31,354 nucleotides of DNA from Patescibacteria group bacterium UBA910 (GTDB lineage: Bacteria; Patescibacteriota; Minisyncoccia; Phycocordibacterales; DATDWN01). Both the position numbers and the translations under genes were made by a program. How positions within the stretch are numbered: position 1 is the stretch's first letter; each line of letters opens with the position of its first letter. Of the stretch, positions 26,297 through 31,354 are shown in pieces. The DNA lies in NCBI GenBank assembly GCA_002294445.1, contig DBEI01000037.1:457-31810 (forward strand), written 5' to 3'. The notes beneath the pieces are model-generated. The model did not search any database, was not told the origin of the DNA, and saw only the letters and a program-made list of their open reading frames with translations.

Positions 26297-27180
26297 GTTG
26301 AACTCATAAAAAGACATACTCCAATCAGAAGTACGTAAATATGGTCATATTGCCATATTTTTCTTAATATATTTTTTGAATCGATCTTATATATCAAAAA
26401 TGCTTTTGATATAGTACTTATACTAAATAACATAGCAAGTATAACAAGAATAAAAGTAACAAATGAAAAAGAAAATATCATAAACAATGATGTCACCACA
26501 AAGTATAGGCCAAATACACATAAGGAAGTAACTATGTAAGCTAATTTCTTATAACCAAAGATACTTAATGGGGTCTTACGTTGATACTTCATATCCCCTT
26601 CGTTGTCTTCATAATCTTTCATCAGTATTCGCGATCCTCTTATATACAGAAAACCAATAAAAAATAGTAGTGTAGATAGAGGAATATTAACCAAATTTTT
26701 ATACTGGAAATATCCAGTCAAAAAAGGTATGAAATAATATGCAATCATCATTATTAACGTTGCCCACAGACCTTTTTTTGACATATCAAATAATGGATGC
26801 GAGTACAACACTCCTAACAAAATCACCAACACACTCGATAGTACAACCTCACCACCTGCAATAACACTCGTCACTAAACCCGCACCTGTGAATATCCAGT
26901 ACATGGAAAAAACCTCTTGTGGAGAAATTGAGTTTTTTTCCAAAGGCCTACCTCGCTTATTAAACGTATCAATTTGCACATCAAAATAATCGTTGAGTAC
27001 ATACCCAGCACTAAAAACAAACCCAAAACTAATAGCAGTAGTGATCCATAGATAATCAACTGGTAGTGCATACTGAGCAAACCAACAACCTATCACGTAC
27101 CAAAACAGAATATAAAAAATTGATGCAGGTCTTATGAGTTGTACTATTGTATGAACATACTTAGTATGAAGAAGATCCAT
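26293..27180 (-). CDS. UbiA-family prenyltransferase
   Basis: Asp-rich motifs NDYFDVQIDTFNKRGRPL and MKDYEDNEGD in a polytopic membrane protein. Confidence 0.85.
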   Translation of the reverse strand: MDLLHTKYVHTIVQLIRPASIFYILFWYVIGCWFAQYALPVDYLWITTAISFGFVFSAGYVLNDYFDVQIDTFNKRGRPLEKNSISPQEVFSMYWIFTGAGLVTSVIAGGEVVLSSVLVILLGVLYSHPLFDMSKKGLWATLIMMIAYYFIPFLTGYFQYKNLVNIPLSTLLFFIGFLYIRGSRILMKDYEDNEGDMKYQRKTPLSIFGYKKLAYIVTSLCVFGLYFVVTSLFMIFSFSFVTFILVILAMLFSISTISKAFLIYKIDSKNILRKIWQYDHIYVLLIGVCLFMSST

Positions 27181-27185
27181 ATTAA

Positions 27186-28553
27186 TTAACAATCAAGTAA
27201 GTATGGTTTACCTCTCTCAGGATAAAGTGCATCCACATCAAGATAATCCCTCAGTCGCTGTACCAGAAAAAGTGATGCCTTCGGCTCCCCCATGACCACA
27301 AAAACTTTTTTTACTGTATCTGCAGTATCTGCAATCATTTCAAGTAAATGTTCGGAATCCTTATGAGATGAATACCCTGATATCATCTCAATACGTGCTC
27401 GTACTGGAATACGAACACCTTGAATGACAACCTCAGCAGGTGCTTCCTGAATAGTTCTCCCAAGCGTACCAATCGCTTGATACCCCATCAGTAGAATAGT
27501 ACTCTTTGGATCAGGAAGATAATTAACCTCGTGATGTACTACCCGCCCCCCAGCAGACATACCAGACCCTGCAATGATAATCTTTGGATTTGGTTCGGCA
27601 AGAAGTGATTTTGATTCATTTGAATCTTTCACAATACGAAGCTTGGGAAAATTGAAAATATCATCTCCACCTTTGATTTCTTTTTGTACTCCTTGATTAA
27701 AATATTTTGAAGTGTGTCTATATATATCTGTTACTTTAAGTGCAAGTGGAGAGTCGAGAAACACTGGCACCGAAGGAATCTGCTTTTCTTCCACCATGTT
27801 ATTGATTTCATATAAAATAACCTGTGTGCGCTCTAGTGAAAATGCAGGGATAACAATAGTGCCCCCACGTGCAATCCCCTCCTTAAGGATCCGTTTGAAT
27901 TTAGCATCACGCTCTTCTTTACTCTCGTGATTTCTGTCACCATACACACTATCCATAACCACATAGTCCACGTTTTTTATTTTTTCTGTGTCTTTGAGAA
28001 GTGGCGTTGGTGAATTACCTGCATCTCCAGTAAAAAGAATTTTTTTAGTTCCATAGGTAAACTCATACATAGACGAACCGAGAATATGCCCTGCATCCTT
28101 GAGAAATACAGAAAACTCATCATTGATCTTTGTTTGTGTATGATATGGAATGGTGCGCCAATGTGACAACGCTTTATCAAGATCATCTTGTTCATAGAGT
28201 GGAGCCTCCTGCCTTTCTCGCTTGTTTTGCTCCATAATCTTTAATGCGTCAGTGAGCATGACCCGAGCAATCTCTTTTGTTTCTGGAGTAGAAAACACAG
28301 AGCCAGTAAAACCATCTTTAAAGAGCTTTGGAACTTTTCCAATATGATCCATATGGGCATGAGTAATAAACGCATAATCAATTTCTCCAAGGTTGTACGG
28401 AAAATCACCTGAATTTTCTGAATCAGCTTCAGGAACACCCTGTAGTAACCCACAATCAACAATAAAAGCTGAGTATTCTCCTTTAACAAGGAAATTTGCC
28501 CCCGTCACAGACCCTACCCCACCCCAAAATGTAATTTCAAGTTTCTTAGACAT
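27186..28553 (-). CDS. MBL-fold beta-CASP nuclease (Ysh1/COG1236-like)
   Basis: Motifs VDCG, THAHMDHIG, DAGHILGS, FTGD, GSGMSAGG and SSHKD. Confidence 0.92.
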   Translation of the reverse strand: MSKKLEITFWGGVGSVTGANFLVKGEYSAFIVDCGLLQGVPEADSENSGDFPYNLGEIDYAFITHAHMDHIGKVPKLFKDGFTGSVFSTPETKEIARVMLTDALKIMEQNKRERQEAPLYEQDDLDKALSHWRTIPYHTQTKINDEFSVFLKDAGHILGSSMYEFTYGTKKILFTGDAGNSPTPLLKDTEKIKNVDYVVMDSVYGDRNHESKEERDAKFKRILKEGIARGGTIVIPAFSLERTQVILYEINNMVEEKQIPSVPVFLDSPLALKVTDIYRHTSKYFNQGVQKEIKGGDDIFNFPKLRIVKDSNESKSLLAEPNPKIIIAGSGMSAGGRVVHHEVNYLPDPKSTILLMGYQAIGTLGRTIQEAPAEVVIQGVRIPVRARIEMISGYSSHKDSEHLLEMIADTADTVKKVFVVMGEPKASLFLVQRLRDYLDVDALYPERGKPYLLDC

Positions 28554-28938
28554 TCTTCTTTTCTATATTATGTACAAATACAATACCAAGCACCGCACCC
28601 AGAGTATCCATGACGATATCCATACCGGTATCACCCCAATATTCAGGAGATGCAAGATCTGTTGCTCCAATAATCAATTCAAAATATTCCCACACCAGCC
28701 CAACAAGTATGGTAAATACTGCCCCAAGTAAGAGTTTTTCTATATACGAAAGTTTTGATTTAAATAATGAGAGTGTCCAAAAGAAAAAGAGTACAACAAA
28801 AAGCCCACCCAAAAAATGCATAACCATATCGAACCATATTACAGTCCAAAAAAGATAGAGTTTATACGCAATTGCATTTAAGACCCCAACAACAAAGAGA
28901 ACCCAAAACATAGCACGAAAGAGTGTACTTTTTTGCAT
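28546..28938 (-). CDS. VanZ/DUF2238-like membrane protein
   Basis: Motifs WFDMVMHFLGG, VWEYFE and DTGMDIVMDTLGA. Confidence 0.6.
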   Translation of the reverse strand: MQKSTLFRAMFWVLFVVGVLNAIAYKLYLFWTVIWFDMVMHFLGGLFVVLFFFWTLSLFKSKLSYIEKLLLGAVFTILVGLVWEYFELIIGATDLASPEYWGDTGMDIVMDTLGAVLGIVFVHNIEKKNV

Positions 28939-28988
28939 ACCACTAATGATACCTCGAACAGAGGTGAAATTCAAAACATATAAAACCA

Positions 28989-29023
28989 ACAAAAAATCTC
29001 ACACAAACGTGTGAGATTTTTTG
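28989..29023. terminator. Terminator hairpin with A/T flanks
   Basis: AAAAAATCTCACAC-aaac-GTGTGAGATTTTTT. Confidence 0.8.
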
Positions 29024-29024
29024 T

Positions 29025-29160
29025 AGGGTCGCGGTATACTTCCTAAGTTAAAAACTTAGGTGGGTGCCCGCACAAAGCAATCTTAGAGCTTACGCCCACT
29101 AATAGCTTAAAATATAAGGCTCCCTGAAAAATGGTTAGCTAGAAAATATACAGCAACCCT
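29025..29160 (-). ncRNA. Candidate orphan structured RNA (6S-like or novel)
   Basis: Ends pair (AGGGTTGCTGTATA / TATACCGCGACCCT); internal stems; promoter immediately upstream and terminator immediately downstream. Confidence 0.55.
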
Positions 29161-29166
29161 ATTCGC

Positions 29167-29194
29167 ATTATACCCCACTCATTCATTCCTGCAA
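29167..29194 (-). promoter_or_regulatory. sigma70 promoter for the candidate RNA
   Basis: TTGCAG-16 nt-TATAAT, 6 nt before the closing stem. Confidence 0.65.
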
Positions 29195-29212
29195 CTTATT
29201 AGATTTGAAAGT

Positions 29213-29818
29213 TTACTCTAAAATCCCATCCAAGTTTACATCGTATAATATTTCGTCTTGAACCAATCGATATGACAGGATTTCTTCAGGTCTAAACCAC
29301 AATGCAATCTCTTTTTCTGCTTCATCTACTGTACCTGATGCATGAACCAAGTTTCGCACAGACCGCCCATCGGTGTCGGAAAGTTCATATGAGTCGAGCA
29401 CAAAGTCACCGCGAATCGTTCCAATATCCGAAGAAAGTGGTTCGGTTCCTCCGGTAATTTTACGAACGATAGCTACCGCATGAGCACCTTGCCACACAAG
29501 TGCAACCACTGGGCCCGATGACATATATTCCTTAAGTCGTCCGAGGATTTTCTGACTTGCTTCAAGCGGGTCTTCTGTAGGTGGTGTCAATCCTTTTTCA
29601 TGATAACTCTTAATTGTTTTCTCTCCTGCTTTCCTCTTCCATTCAGGATCAACCGTGTAATGCTTTTCTATCATTTCTTCTGTAGGTATCACCATCTTTA
29701 GACCAACAAGTTTCAGCCCGATTCGTTCATATCGTTTGATGAGCTCCCCTATTAGACTTCGCTGTACACCATCTGGTTTTATAATAACGAATGTCTTTTC
29801 TTGTTTTGGATGGTTCAT
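29213..29818 (-). CDS. ndk: Nucleoside diphosphate kinase (long form)
   Basis: Motifs TFVIIKPDGVQR, YMSSGPVVA, GTIRGDF and RNLVHASG. Confidence 0.95.
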   Translation of the reverse strand: MNHPKQEKTFVIIKPDGVQRSLIGELIKRYERIGLKLVGLKMVIPTEEMIEKHYTVDPEWKRKAGEKTIKSYHEKGLTPPTEDPLEASQKILGRLKEYMSSGPVVALVWQGAHAVAIVRKITGGTEPLSSDIGTIRGDFVLDSYELSDTDGRSVRNLVHASGTVDEAEKEIALWFRPEEILSYRLVQDEILYDVNLDGILE

Positions 29819-29961
29819 AAATATGATTTAAAAAAAATACTATAATTTACAAAATGTGTATCAAAAACTCGTTGAGTACTTTATTTTTATAGGGGTTAGG
29901 GGTAGGGTCTGGCCTATAAAAATAACAGTGCGAAAAAGAGTTTTTGAAAACAATACACTTT

Positions 29962-30729
29962 TTACCGAGTAAGAACTATAGGATCACCTTCCGTGATGAC
30001 AACGGTATGCTCAGCATGTGCTGCAATAGATTTATCTTTTGTCTTGTATGTATAACCGTCTTTTGCAAGCACTATCTTATCACCACCAAGGGTAAGCATT
30101 GGCTCAATAGCAATAACCATTCCTGGCACCAACCGCTCCCCTTGCCCTTTATACCCCTCATTGGGTACATATGGGTCTTCATGCACCGCATAGCCCACTC
30201 CGTGGCCTGCCAAGCTCTCTGGAAGCCCATATCCGAGTGAACGTGCAAATGAGCCGATTGCATAGCTTATATCGCCAATATGAGCCCCTCCACGAGCCTC
30301 CTTGATACCTCGTGCAAGTGCTTCTTCAGTATGTGCAATAAGTTTTCGTTCTCGATCTCCTATTTCTCCCACACCAACAGTAATTGCACTATCCGTAATA
30401 AGTCCTTTATGAGTAAGTCCCAAGTCGAGTGTTACCACATCTCCTTCTTTAAGAGTTTGCACGTCTTCATTTGGAATACCATGCACAATCTCATCATTGA
30501 TAGATACACACAGTGCCGCAGGATATGCTCGCTTTGCGCCTCGTGGAGTATAATGCAAAAATGCCCCTTTATCTCCTCCCTCTTCAATAAGTTGTCTAGC
30601 TTTATCTTCGAGCTCTTGTGTTGTGACACCAGGACGAACCTCTTTTCTTAGTTCACGCAAAATATACGCATGGCGAGCACCACCCTCTTTTAAAATTTCT
30701 ATTTCTTCTGGTTTTTTGATTCTAATCAT
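29962..30729 (-). CDS. map: Methionine aminopeptidase type I
   Basis: Motifs SINDEIVHGIP, DLG, DSAIT, GHGVG..VHEDP, IEPM and AHAEHTV. Confidence 0.96.
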   Translation of the reverse strand: MIRIKKPEEIEILKEGGARHAYILRELRKEVRPGVTTQELEDKARQLIEEGGDKGAFLHYTPRGAKRAYPAALCVSINDEIVHGIPNEDVQTLKEGDVVTLDLGLTHKGLITDSAITVGVGEIGDRERKLIAHTEEALARGIKEARGGAHIGDISYAIGSFARSLGYGLPESLAGHGVGYAVHEDPYVPNEGYKGQGERLVPGMVIAIEPMLTLGGDKIVLAKDGYTYKTKDKSIAAHAEHTVVITEGDPIVLTR

Positions 30730-30733
30730 TACA

Positions 30734-31327
30734 TTATCCTAGTGCCAACTTCTCCATTATTTCCTTATGCACATCTTCAATAGATTGTTCACCATTCACA
30801 TCAACATACGTGTAACCTGAATTTACTGTAAAAAAATTAATTGCTGGCACAACATCTTCCTCAAACCAATCGAGTCGCTTTTTTACCTTAGCAAGATCAA
30901 TATCATCCACTCGTCCACGACTGAGAAGTCGATCTTCTGACCATTTTCGAGACACATTCAAATGAATAACATACGCTTTTCTTCCGTAGAACTTAAGAGC
31001 TGTATCCATTGCCAAAGCCTCACTATATGCTCGTGGACTACCATCTATGATTAAGTGCTCAGTCCCCTTAAAAGACTCTACCAAAAGATGTGACCACATC
31101 CAAATCGCTAAAAACGAAGGTTGTCGGTCCCCTGATTCATACACTTTACGCGACAACTGACTTGAATACGAATCCTCTTTAATAAAGTTACGAAAGCGTT
31201 CCCCTGTCTCGAGATAGAAAATTTCTTCATGTGGACGGTTCTCTGTTATGTATTTTTGCAAAAGCTCCACTTGTGTACCCTTACCACAACCAGATCGTCC
31301 AATAAAAATAAATGTGTATGGATTCAT
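30734..31327 (-). CDS. adk: Adenylate kinase-family NMP kinase (short LID)
   Basis: Motifs GRSGCGKGTQ, IIDGSPR and RGRVDD; lies next to map. Confidence 0.85.
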   Translation of the reverse strand: MNPYTFIFIGRSGCGKGTQVELLQKYITENRPHEEIFYLETGERFRNFIKEDSYSSQLSRKVYESGDRQPSFLAIWMWSHLLVESFKGTEHLIIDGSPRAYSEALAMDTALKFYGRKAYVIHLNVSRKWSEDRLLSRGRVDDIDLAKVKKRLDWFEEDVVPAINFFTVNSGYTYVDVNGEQSIEDVHKEIMEKLALG

Positions 31328-31354
31328 AAAAATAGTATAACAAAAAAGACCTGT

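Noticed and set aside
1-31354. Alternative genetic code 25 (TGA=Gly) as in Gracilibacteria/Absconditabacteria
   Set aside because: Conserved genes are intact under code 11, and several ORFs end at TGA (3641, 6437, 23960).

Overview
AT-rich bacterial chromosome segment using genetic code 11 (TGA is a stop). It is most consistent with a Patescibacteria/CPR (Parcubacteria-like) genome; this is inferred from its compact layout, mostly SD-less short-leader genes, many CPR-style secreted orphans, a UAU tRNA-Ile and a long tmRNA tag. Housekeeping genes: heterodimeric ABC exporter, ung, mutY-like, recG, ftsH, smpB-ssrA, infC-rpmI-rplT, beta-CASP nuclease, ndk, map and adk. A light/UV-repair block (FMN reductase, two unannotated micro-proteins, an Fe-S-less (6-4)-type photolyase and a class II CPD photolyase) lies between two tRNA-Ser genes. 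The most unusual signals are mostly non-coding. (1) Both tRNA-Ser genes carry modular 3' trailers sharing a 99/102-bp core, flanked by antisense and sense copies of their own tRNA's 3' end. (2) The tmRNA is followed by a ~400-bp GIY-YIG cassette bounded by a duplicated tmRNA 3' end and led by an inverted repeat; a copy of that repeat sits in frame inside mutY. (3) An orphan ~136-nt structured RNA with its own promoter and terminator lies downstream of ndk. (4) Two tRNAs have rare anticodons: Ser-ACT and Ile-TAT. No CRISPR array, integrase or transposase was seen. All family assignments come from motif recognition by eye, not database searches.
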